Shown here piece by piece: positions 38,870-47,215 of a stretch of 64,000 nucleotides of DNA. Below the pieces are notes generated by a model. It saw nothing but the letters and a program-made list of their open reading frames with translations. It had not been told where the DNA came from and made no database searches. Position numbers and translations under genes: made by a program. Each line of letters opens with the position of its first letter. Within the stretch, counting starts at the first letter, position 1. Source of the DNA: a virus. The DNA lies in IMG/VR virus record IMGVR_UViG_3300034101_003795, positions 1 to 64,000 of that record. One strand, given 5' to 3'.

Positions 38870-39667
38870 TTAATTATCCTCTATTGTTATTAGTCTATTA
38901 TCTATGTCAGGAAATTTATTTTCTATTTCCTTGATAGTATCCTTTAATTTGTCCCAAATAATTTTTGCACGAGTTGGAGAAAAGTCCCTCAACTGTTTTA
39001 TTCTAATCAAGACTGAGCCTTTTCCAAGAAGAAGTCCTGTTTTTTTATTATCGTACTTGATATTCCTATTAAGGGTATCTGCTCCCCAAACTGGTTCAAA
39101 ATGAGATGGACCATCCACCTCTATTGCGGTATTAAGCTTGGGAATAAAGATATCTATTTGTAGTTTAGTATTTGATAATATTTGTTCTTTATGAAAATCA
39201 ACTCTATAACCAGCTTTGATTAATTCAGATAGTAGGTATTTTTCTAGTTTAGAACCATGTTTACTAGTATCTCTAACAGCCTTTATTGCTGAATTTATCA
39301 TATTTTGCTGTTCTTCTTTAGACAAACTATTCCACTGATCTCTAGACTTTTGTCTTCTATCTTCAAGTTCTTGTGGTGTTAGATTTTCCCAAGAATTAAT
39401 CAGACCTTTTCCTATTTTTTCTTTTGTCTCGTCAGAGCGTAAGGTTCCTTTCGTGGGGTGCTTGTGAGACCCTGTAGTTAAAGCATTTTTCTGTGCTTGA
39501 CTTTTATCACGAATAGGTATTTTAAATTTGATAGCGTCTCTTCTGATCTTATTAGCATAGGTTTGTAGATCCTCAGCTATCTGCTGAAAAGACTTATTTT
39601 GTTTATGATAATAATTGTTTACTATTATTTTTTTTTCATTATCTGTCATATCGTCATATTTTTTCAT
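38870..39667 (-). CDS. NUMOD3-like plus DUF559/Vsr-like endonuclease (homing-endonuclease-like)
   Basis: HPTKGTLRSDETKEKIG; SKLEK...QIDIFIPKLNTAIEVDGPSHF...YDNKK; N-terminal HTH-like segment. Confidence 0.7.
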   Translation of the reverse strand: MKKYDDMTDNEKKIIVNNYYHKQNKSFQQIAEDLQTYANKIRRDAIKFKIPIRDKSQAQKNALTTGSHKHPTKGTLRSDETKEKIGKGLINSWENLTPQELEDRRQKSRDQWNSLSKEEQQNMINSAIKAVRDTSKHGSKLEKYLLSELIKAGYRVDFHKEQILSNTKLQIDIFIPKLNTAIEVDGPSHFEPVWGADTLNRNIKYDNKKTGLLLGKGSVLIRIKQLRDFSPTRAKIIWDKLKDTIKEIENKFPDIDNRLITIEDN

Positions 39668-40038
39668 ACAATTTCCTTAACAGAAGATATCTTTGTAACT
39701 CCAGCATTTGCCATTTTTTCTGTAAAGTCTGAAGCCATACAATAGTATTTATTATTACTAAAATGATTAGTCAGCCACAAATCATTGTCATTAGATATAA
39801 TAATATTATTAAATTTTGATCCTATATATAATGTATTTAATATAGGAAGATAAATATTTTGGTTTAAAAGATTAGCGTCTGTGAATATATTATATGTATA
39901 ATTAATTAGATTTTCTTTTTGAGATAATATTTCATTAATTTCTATAAAAGCTTTATTTGAGAATATTTTATTATCAGTTTCTTCTGTGAATATTCCGATA
40001 CTAGTTGGGGTTTTTTTTGATAAATTTTGATATTCCAT
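39664..40038 (-). CDS. Hypothetical protein
   Basis: ORF overlapping its neighbours in the operon. Confidence 0.5.
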   Translation of the reverse strand: MEYQNLSKKTPTSIGIFTEETDNKIFSNKAFIEINEILSQKENLINYTYNIFTDANLLNQNIYLPILNTLYIGSKFNNIIISNDNDLWLTNHFSNNKYYCMASDFTEKMANAGVTKISSVKEIV

Positions 40039-40669
40039 TTTTTTGTCTCGTATTGTTAAAGTAAATAAAATCTTTTAAAGATACTTGTTGTTTATTAAAA
40101 ATAGAATTATTTTCTATTAGTTTATTAATAATCTCAAAATATAATAAGTTTTTCCTTTTAAAAAAATCTTCATTTTTTATTATTTTGGTTTCTTGTTCTT
40201 TCAGATAGAATATGTTACAAAACTTATCTTCAGGAAGATCAAGATACATATGTTCGATCTTATCATCATCGCAAATGCATCCAACGTCAAGATCTCTATT
40301 GTCTTTCATAGTAACTATTTTTGATGTTTTAGCATTTTCTAATTTTGTTAAAATCTCTGGATTAAACATGCACCCATAATCTATAAAACAAATGCCTTGA
40401 TCTTTTGAGTTTATGCATCCTGTATATATTGGATTAAAATTATCTATTTCAACAACTAGTGCTTCATTATTAAAAGTTTTATATATTTTCTGATAATCAA
40501 AATCACAAACTATAACTATCTCATGTTTTAGTTTTGTTGCCTTTTTAATCCATGCTATTTGATGTTCTAATAATTTTTTATTTTGAAACACCATTAATCC
40601 TTTTGATCCAAGAGATTTCATGCCTTTATCGGCATAACAAGCTAAGATCACATATGTTATATTTTTCAT
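40001..40669 (-). CDS. Divergent sugar-phosphate nucleotidyltransferase-like protein (NTP_transf/LicC fold)
   Basis: VILACYADKGMKSLGSKGLM...LLEHQI aligns to the IILAAG.G.RM....PK.L motif, with the Gly residues replaced. Confidence 0.6.
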   Translation of the reverse strand: MKNITYVILACYADKGMKSLGSKGLMVFQNKKLLEHQIAWIKKATKLKHEIVIVCDFDYQKIYKTFNNEALVVEIDNFNPIYTGCINSKDQGICFIDYGCMFNPEILTKLENAKTSKIVTMKDNRDLDVGCICDDDKIEHMYLDLPEDKFCNIFYLKEQETKIIKNEDFFKRKNLLYFEIINKLIENNSIFNKQQVSLKDFIYFNNTRQKNGISKFIKKNPN

Positions 40670-41091
40670 TATTTTTCAGCTTTTACATAATATTGAATTC
40701 CGTTAATGAATTTTGTTTCCAATATACTAAAATTATTTAATCTTAAAAGATCAGTAACTCTTTCTAGACTTTTTATATGTTTTTTACCAGTGCTAAAGAT
40801 CATATTATTGTACATTTCTATATCAATATGTTTATTCAATAATGATGAGCTGATAGAAAAAATATCAATAGATTGTACTTCAAGAGTTGTCTTAGACAAT
40901 ATTTTATTATTAATTTTTTTAAGGATAGAATCAGCTTCTTGTAAAGATACGCTGTCTAATAAATCAAAGATAAAAAGATCTGATGAAATAGAATCGTCCT
41001 CTATATCATCTAGTTTTTTAATATCCATATAATCATATTTATCTTCTAGAATATCTACTTCTGAATGGTATAAAAATATTTTTTTGTTCAT
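40669..41091 (-). CDS. Degenerate class I methyltransferase-like protein
   Basis: DDSISSDLFIFDLLDSV...ILKKINNKIL..TTLEVQSID resembles the Methyltransf_11 core; no GxG motif I. Confidence 0.35.
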   Translation of the reverse strand: MNKKIFLYHSEVDILEDKYDYMDIKKLDDIEDDSISSDLFIFDLLDSVSLQEADSILKKINNKILSKTTLEVQSIDIFSISSSLLNKHIDIEMYNNMIFSTGKKHIKSLERVTDLLRLNNFSILETKFINGIQYYVKAEK

Positions 41092-41540
41092 GATAAAATT
41101 AATGATTTTCGTTTGAGATTATTGAGTTCTGATAACCACTTATCTGTAAGGCTTTTGTCGTTTGATCTATAAGGCAAAACCATATCTGCTATTTTATTCC
41201 AAGACTGATAAATTTCTTCTGAGGTGGCTATTTGTAAAACTGGACTAAAATTAAAGTTTTTATTTTCTATATTCATAGAGGGCTTAACATCATGATCTAC
41301 TATGATTAATGGACAATGAAAGAATATCGCTGATTCTATACACTTGTCCAGATACATTAGTCGATTATTGCATAATACAATATCAATATTATATCCACCA
41401 AAATAGGTATAGTCAAAATCTACTAAATTACACTTCAGCGTTTTCTGTAAAAAATTTTTAAACATTATACTATCACAGTTTGTCCATAGTATATTTATTT
41501 CTTTTGATAGTTCTTTATGTATTATTGATGATATTGTCAT
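41088..41540 (-). CDS. Hypothetical protein, possible single GT-B-like domain
   Basis: IDIVLCNNR...FHCPLIIVDH; located in the glycosyltransferase cluster. Confidence 0.4.
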   Translation of the reverse strand: MTISSIIHKELSKEINILWTNCDSIMFKNFLQKTLKCNLVDFDYTYFGGYNIDIVLCNNRLMYLDKCIESAIFFHCPLIIVDHDVKPSMNIENKNFNFSPVLQIATSEEIYQSWNKIADMVLPYRSNDKSLTDKWLSELNNLKRKSLILS

Positions 41541-42640
41541 AGTATATTTTCTAGTAATTCTGATATTGCTTTCATGCTGAAATATTGAATTTTTTTATCT
41601 TGTGCTTTAATTCTATCTCTTTTTTGAATATCAGATTCTAGTAGTGCTTTTTCCATAGTATTTATTAAATCGTTTAGTATTGGCTTTGACCATATTTGTC
41701 TTATTGTATTGTACATGAAGAATATTTTATTATTATCTAAACAATTTGTATACTCACTATCAACAATAAGGCCACAATTATCTTCAATAATCTCAGATTG
41801 TGCAGTATCGTTCAAGGCTATAATATTGTTATTAAATACCATAGCTTCTAATATGGAACAAGAAAAACTTTTACCAGAAGATATATCTATTAAGCAGTCG
41901 CAATTGTTATGCATTGCTAAGACCTTAGAATAGTCTGTCTCTCCATTAATAATTGTTGGTAATGTTCTAGAGTGATCTGCTGGAAATAGACTATAAATAT
42001 TATTTATTATTTCTTTAAATGTGTTTTCACTAAAATTAGTTGATTGTTCAATTTTTATTATGAGTTCTATATTTTGATATTTCGACGAGATAACAAGAAA
42101 TGCTAATAGAATTGTTTCTATATTAGATTTAGATATAAAGTCATCTATAATATAAAAACTATATTTATTATTAGATTTTTCAGGAAGAGCATTCTTGAAA
42201 CTATCAATTTCAACTAAATCTATTGGAACAGGGACGGTATAAATTTTATTTTGATCTACGCCACAACCTATCAATGATCTTTTAGAAAATTCAGACGGTA
42301 CAATAATAATATCCATCTGATTTATATAATTAAAATAATCTAGACCATAATTTAAACATTCTGGATTAACGATTGCTATATTTTTTTCAAATTTAGAATC
42401 ATAACACAATTGATGAGGAAATGCGTGCTGTATAACAATATCATATTCGTCTTTTTTATTGTCCTCTAATTCCAATACGGAACTATTAATATTTGTTTGT
42501 GGATATGATTTTAATAAATTATAAAATGGTTTTACTGCAATATTATTTTTAGTTAAACTTAATGACTGTATATATTTTCTAGATATAATTCCAGTATCAG
42601 AAAATTCTCTATATGGACCTATATATAATATATCTTTCAT
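41537..42640 (-). CDS. Glycosyltransferase, GT-B/GT4-like (divergent)
   Basis: IIVPSEFSK..L, MHNNCDCLIDISSGKSFSCSILEAM; the first Glu of EX7E is replaced by Lys. Confidence 0.7.
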   Translation of the reverse strand: MKDILYIGPYREFSDTGIISRKYIQSLSLTKNNIAVKPFYNLLKSYPQTNINSSVLELEDNKKDEYDIVIQHAFPHQLCYDSKFEKNIAIVNPECLNYGLDYFNYINQMDIIIVPSEFSKRSLIGCGVDQNKIYTVPVPIDLVEIDSFKNALPEKSNNKYSFYIIDDFISKSNIETILLAFLVISSKYQNIELIIKIEQSTNFSENTFKEIINNIYSLFPADHSRTLPTIINGETDYSKVLAMHNNCDCLIDISSGKSFSCSILEAMVFNNNIIALNDTAQSEIIEDNCGLIVDSEYTNCLDNNKIFFMYNTIRQIWSKPILNDLINTMEKALLESDIQKRDRIKAQDKKIQYFSMKAISELLENIL

Positions 42641-42641
42641 C

Positions 42642-44240
42642 TTAATAATTTAAAAAGCTATCAGATAATTTAATTTCCCCAGACCTAACTTGTTCACAAA
42701 AAACTTTGTGATTAACATAGTTTTCAAGAATCTTGACGGCTTCTTGTCTAGTGAAGTTGGTTGGAGAAGCTATACTTAGATATCCTTCATATAATGCTCG
42801 TATCATATTTTGAATATAGTGTGTTCTTAATAAGGATTCTTCTTTTAGAATATTAGTAACAATAAAATTAATAAATTGTCTATCAGAAAGATTATCTGGA
42901 ACGTTTATAGATACATCGGTTTCTAATTTATCTTCCCATTTATTTTTTGGTTCCATCTTATCAAAAACAGACATCAATACTTCAGCCGTCTTATCCCAAC
43001 TATAATTATCTAATAAAAGATTTCTGGTTTTTATAGATAGATTTTTCTTTTCTGGCTTAGACAATTCCATAAACTTTATTACTTCGGTTATGAAATGTTC
43101 ATTATCTGGAGTAGCCCTGTCTGCTCCTGTTTCAAGTTCTTTACTAAGTAAATAATTTAATTTAATACCATCAATTTTTGTAGTAATTTCTTCCATACCA
43201 CTATAGTTTATAGAAAAAACAGGAACACCACAAGAAGCTGCCTCTAGTTGAGGTATACCTAAACCTTCACAGATAGCATATTGAACATAAATATCAAACA
43301 AATTATATACTTCGTTAAGTTGCTGATTAGATATACCATGCACAACATTAGGAATAACAGCAAACGTTGAAGGATCATCAAAACATTTTATTTTTGGCCC
43401 TTTATATGTTGATACGTATAACTTTTTAGGACCAGGAGCATAATATGAGAATAGCACGTTATTTTCAACACCAAATTCCTGTAAGAGTTCTGGTATATTC
43501 CAGCCGTGTGTTTCAGGAAAAGAGGTGTGTAGATATAGATATATTGATGGATTATTAGTTCTATCTATTATATTTCTTAAAGACTTAAATAATTCTGGTA
43601 TAAGTTTTCTTTTTTGGTTTCTCATAACAGACCCAATAATAAAAGCGTCTGGAGACAGACCAAATTTTGTTCTGTGATAAGATTTGGTATAATTAACCGG
43701 CTTAAAAACTTTGGAATCGACAGAATCAGATACAGATGGGCCAACATTTATATTTCTATTTAATGATTTTAGATAATCACCAGCCCAATCAGTATGTGTT
43801 AGAACCATATCTGCATTTTCAAACGTTTTCAACCACTCTGGTTTTTGTGGGACAGAATCTACTGTTGGTGCAATTACCCAATTAAAATATTTTCTTAGTG
43901 GTGAGATCTCTTGATATGCAAACATCCAATAATCTCTAATATCAAAAACTATATCAGGTTTAAAATGAAGAACTGTTTTTTCAAATCTCCATTGACCAAA
44001 TTGATTTGTTGGATTAGATCTATAATATTCTAATTCTTTTTCATTATTTCCTGCTGGCTCATTTGGATAAACTTTCCACGGCACCTTTTTTTCTCTATCT
44101 TCCTTATAATAAGAAGAAAGCTCGGCAACTTCATAATTAGGATTTTTGTAAAGTCTAGACATAATCTCATATGTATATCTACCAAATCCAGAGTTTACAT
44201 CGTGAGCTTCTGCACACATTAATATTCTTTTTTTTGTCAT
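42642..44240 (-). CDS. Glycosyltransferase family 4 (GT-B)
   Basis: SGFGRY, FKPDIVFDIRD.W, VMRNQKRK, YNLFDIYVQYAICEGLGIPQLEAASCGVP (intact EX7E), YSWDK. Confidence 0.85.
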   Translation of the reverse strand: MTKKRILMCAEAHDVNSGFGRYTYEIMSRLYKNPNYEVAELSSYYKEDREKKVPWKVYPNEPAGNNEKELEYYRSNPTNQFGQWRFEKTVLHFKPDIVFDIRDYWMFAYQEISPLRKYFNWVIAPTVDSVPQKPEWLKTFENADMVLTHTDWAGDYLKSLNRNINVGPSVSDSVDSKVFKPVNYTKSYHRTKFGLSPDAFIIGSVMRNQKRKLIPELFKSLRNIIDRTNNPSIYLYLHTSFPETHGWNIPELLQEFGVENNVLFSYYAPGPKKLYVSTYKGPKIKCFDDPSTFAVIPNVVHGISNQQLNEVYNLFDIYVQYAICEGLGIPQLEAASCGVPVFSINYSGMEEITTKIDGIKLNYLLSKELETGADRATPDNEHFITEVIKFMELSKPEKKNLSIKTRNLLLDNYSWDKTAEVLMSVFDKMEPKNKWEDKLETDVSINVPDNLSDRQFINFIVTNILKEESLLRTHYIQNMIRALYEGYLSIASPTNFTRQEAVKILENYVNHKVFCEQVRSGEIKLSDSFLNY

Positions 44241-44274
44241 AATTCTTCTTATTTATATAGGATGATGAAAAGAT

Positions 44275-44302
44275 AATAAAAAGGGGGCATGTTTGTGCCC
44301 CC
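44275..44302 (-). terminator. Intrinsic terminator downstream of ssb
   Basis: GGGGGCA/TGCCCCC stem at 44283-44302 followed on the - strand by TTTTTATT. Confidence 0.7.
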
Positions 44303-44319
44303 AATTTATTAAACTTGAA

Positions 44320-44682
44320 TTAGAATGATACGGCTTCTTCCACTTCCTTCTTTTTAATTCTTGTAACCTTTGAAAAGTTATTTACTCTGACCTTGAGAGT
44401 TGAGTGCTTTACGCCATCCTTCTCCCAATTATCATTTCTCAAACTTCCTTCTACCATTACAAGATCGCCCTTTTTAAAAGATGATCCAATAATTTCAGCA
44501 CCGCTATCCCAAGCCTCGCACTGAATATATGAAACAATCTTATCCTTTGTCCCATTAGCTCTAGTAAATTCCTTAGATACGGCAATAGTGAAAGAAACAA
44601 CAGAAGTTTGCTTTTCTCCGCTATTCACTACTCGTAGTTCTGGATCCCTAGTAAGATTTCCCTTTAGTAAAATAATATTCAT
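44320..44682 (-). CDS. ssb: Single-stranded DNA-binding protein
   Basis: MNIILLKGNLTRDPELR...FTIAV...CEAW..AE...KKGDLVMVEGSLR...WEKDG; short acidic/Phe tail EEAVSF. Confidence 0.95.
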   Translation of the reverse strand: MNIILLKGNLTRDPELRVVNSGEKQTSVVSFTIAVSKEFTRANGTKDKIVSYIQCEAWDSGAEIIGSSFKKGDLVMVEGSLRNDNWEKDGVKHSTLKVRVNNFSKVTRIKKKEVEEAVSF

Positions 44683-44726
44683 CTAAATCTCCTTAAGAGT
44701 ATACAAAATATAAACACAACACTTAT

Positions 44727-44754
44727 ATTATATTGAAACCATCCAGAATGTCAA
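44727..44754 (-). promoter_or_regulatory. Sigma70-type promoter upstream of ssb
   Basis: TTGACA (44754-44749), 16-nt spacer, TATAAT (44732-44727). Confidence 0.75.
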
Positions 44755-44755
44755 G

Positions 44756-46360
44756 TCAAACCGTAAAGCATTTTTTAACGATTGGTGTATTGTTTTGTCC
44801 ACCCTTTTGACCATTAAACATCAACACCCTACCCTCTTGTAAAAGATCCTTATTGTTGAGGTAATCTTCTGGAAATAATACTACAGAATCAACACTGCCA
44901 TTAGAATCAGACAGTCTCAAAAAACACATTTCTTGTCCAGGATTCTTACCTCTCTTAGTAACTATAACACTCATACTATCTATTTCTGCAATCATAAAAA
45001 ATTGTTTGCTATTTGGAAAATTCTTAATATCTTTACAGTCTGTATTGGCGTATGAAGAATCATAGAAATCAGTCTTAGCAAAACTTATAGACGCCCCAAG
45101 CAAATCTCTTTCATTATTTGATATCCATTCAGGATCATCCTCAATAGAATACGGTGGATTATTAATCTGATTAATCATACTAATAATTTTTGGTTGTCTA
45201 TTTTTTAGAATCTTCTCCCTAGAAAGCAAATTCTTTAAAATTTCAGAGGTTGTAGATATTTTTTTATCTGAAGAAATATTTTTACATTTTTCTGTTTCTC
45301 TAGCTGTTAAATTAATAATCATATTAAAGTCTAATAGCATTTTATTTCTTGATAACTTGTAATGATCTAAAGCACCAGATAAAATTAATGATTTGGCAGA
45401 TGCCGAGTTGATATTTGCCAAAACAGAAAATAATATTTGGGTCCATGTCATTTCTTTAATATCACACTTATTGATATGATCTAACAGCTTATTATATACT
45501 GATTCTCCAAGACCTTTTATATTTGTCAATCCAAAATAAATTTTATTATTAATAATTTCAAATTCTTTATTTTTCATTAATAAACTTGGTCCAAAAACAC
45601 TAATATCCATATCTTTAGCATTACTTATTAAGTCCAATATCTCTTGTTGAGGATCTATCTTGTCTTTGGCCAGTCTTAAATAAGACAAAAAGAATATTCG
45701 TGGAAAGTGTGCTTTCGCATATGCTGATATGTATCCGTTAATAGCATAACTAACAGCATGACTTTTATTAAAAGAGTATCTCTGAGATTTTTCAATCCAG
45801 CTAAAAATTTGTTCAGATTCGTCTCTATTGACTTTTCCAACAGCAAGGCAACCATCAATAAATTTAATTTTAATTTTTGCCATTTCTTCTGGCTTTTTCT
45901 TACCGATAGCTTTTCTTAGCATATCAGCTTCTTGAAGATTAAAACCGGCTATATCTTTGGCTATTTGCATAGCTTGTTCTTGATATACCATTTCTCCATA
46001 AGTATTTTTAAGGATTGGTTCTAATGATTCATGAAAATAATCAACAGATTCTAAACCATTTTTCTTATCTATATAATGATAAGATACGCTTTTACCGTCT
46101 CTAATAGCTTCTAAACATCCTGGCCTAAGAATAGATATTAGCGCCGATAGTTCTTCTATGTTTGATGGCTTGAGTTTTTTACTCATAGACTGTCCCAGTC
46201 TACTTTCTAATTGAAAACAACCTTTAGTGTTTCCATCAGAAATAAGCTCCCAAGTTTTTGGACAATCTAAATTAATCTTTGTTATATCAAAATCAATTGA
46301 TGTTTTATTATCAATATCTTTGGTATTAAAAGAACAACCACACTCAAATTGAATCGTCAT
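44756..46360 (-). CDS. dnaE: DNA polymerase III alpha, C-terminal fragment (fingers, HhH, OB)
   Basis: INLDCPKTW...GCFQLES, LISILRPG, TYGEMVYQEQAM, ADMLRKAIGKK, YSFNKSHAVSY, FGLTNIKGLG, MCFLRLSD; likely start MTIQFECGC at 46360. Confidence 0.92.
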   Translation of the reverse strand: MTIQFECGCSFNTKDIDNKTSIDFDITKINLDCPKTWELISDGNTKGCFQLESRLGQSMSKKLKPSNIEELSALISILRPGCLEAIRDGKSVSYHYIDKKNGLESVDYFHESLEPILKNTYGEMVYQEQAMQIAKDIAGFNLQEADMLRKAIGKKKPEEMAKIKIKFIDGCLAVGKVNRDESEQIFSWIEKSQRYSFNKSHAVSYAINGYISAYAKAHFPRIFFLSYLRLAKDKIDPQQEILDLISNAKDMDISVFGPSLLMKNKEFEIINNKIYFGLTNIKGLGESVYNKLLDHINKCDIKEMTWTQILFSVLANINSASAKSLILSGALDHYKLSRNKMLLDFNMIINLTARETEKCKNISSDKKISTTSEILKNLLSREKILKNRQPKIISMINQINNPPYSIEDDPEWISNNERDLLGASISFAKTDFYDSSYANTDCKDIKNFPNSKQFFMIAEIDSMSVIVTKRGKNPGQEMCFLRLSDSNGSVDSVVLFPEDYLNNKDLLQEGRVLMFNGQKGGQNNTPIVKKCFTV

Positions 46361-47045
46361 TGAAAAAAGAATCCTTAAAAACAATTTTTGGAACAAGTCT
46401 TCTGTGTAACTTCATAAATCTAATCAAAATCTTAGCACAATCCTGAACATCTTTTAGTGCGTCGTGAGCACCCTCTTTTGATATTCCTAAATAATCTCTC
46501 ATAGAATCTAAGGAATAACTTTTTAGACCTTGGCTTTCAAACCAATAAAAGACTAAATTCATTATATCTAGAACGTCTCTCGGATAAAAAACAGTAGATG
46601 TTTTTTCTTTGTTATCGACATTCTTATATTTTTCACTAAGTCTTTGTATAATTTTTAAATCAAATCTATTTATATTATATCCTGCTGCTATTGGGGCGGA
46701 GAACATACTCTTTTTCTTTCCTCCAAAGCAATGATATTTCTCTAAATATGAGACAAAAGAATTCCATGTTACTTCTTGTGAAGGATATTCTCGCCATTTT
46801 GCATAAATCTCATCCTGAGAACATCCCTTAACTTTAGCATGAAAATCTATAATATCTGTTTCATATTTGTAATTTGCATCTGATTCCATAACTTCTGGCT
46901 TACAAAAACCATTAAATTCCGACCCCTCGACAATTTCTAGTTTTACAGGATCGACAATGATAGCAGAAATTTGAACCGGACTACAAACCAATGGATTTGA
47001 TCCATCTGTTTCAAAATCAAAAACGCAAATTTTTTTGGTTAACAT
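46344..47045 (-). CDS. DEDDh 3'-5' exonuclease (DnaQ/epsilon-like)
   Basis: VFDFETDG (ExoI), AGYNINRFD (ExoII), AHDALKDV (ExoIII). Confidence 0.9.
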   Translation of the reverse strand: MLTKKICVFDFETDGSNPLVCSPVQISAIIVDPVKLEIVEGSEFNGFCKPEVMESDANYKYETDIIDFHAKVKGCSQDEIYAKWREYPSQEVTWNSFVSYLEKYHCFGGKKKSMFSAPIAAGYNINRFDLKIIQRLSEKYKNVDNKEKTSTVFYPRDVLDIMNLVFYWFESQGLKSYSLDSMRDYLGISKEGAHDALKDVQDCAKILIRFMKLHRRLVPKIVFKDSFFNDDSI

Positions 47046-47215
47046 TATATTTTGTCAATTTCGTCTAAAGGGGCGAACACTTGGGTTTGTCCTGTGGTGA
47101 CGGATTTTGCATTTTCTTTAATCTTACAACAAGAAATCCTAACCTCAGGAATCTTTTCATACTCTTCATTATTTATTCTAAATTTTTCACCAACAGCTAA
47201 TTCATGAAATTTCAT
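47045..47215 (-). CDS. Small 56-aa protein absent from the ORF track (MKFHELAVGEKFRINNEEYEKIPEVRISCCK...)
   Basis: Translated by hand; AAAGGTG upstream; overlaps the dnaE-N stop and ends in a TAATG junction with the exonuclease. Confidence 0.65.
   Translation of the reverse strand: MKFHELAVGEKFRINNEEYEKIPEVRISCCKIKENAKSVTTGQTQVFAPLDEIDKI

Noticed and set aside
46344-47215. Group I intron or split intein interrupting dnaE
   Set aside because: The interval is fully occupied by two coupled ORFs, leaving no room for a ribozyme core, and neither fragment shows intein terminal motifs.
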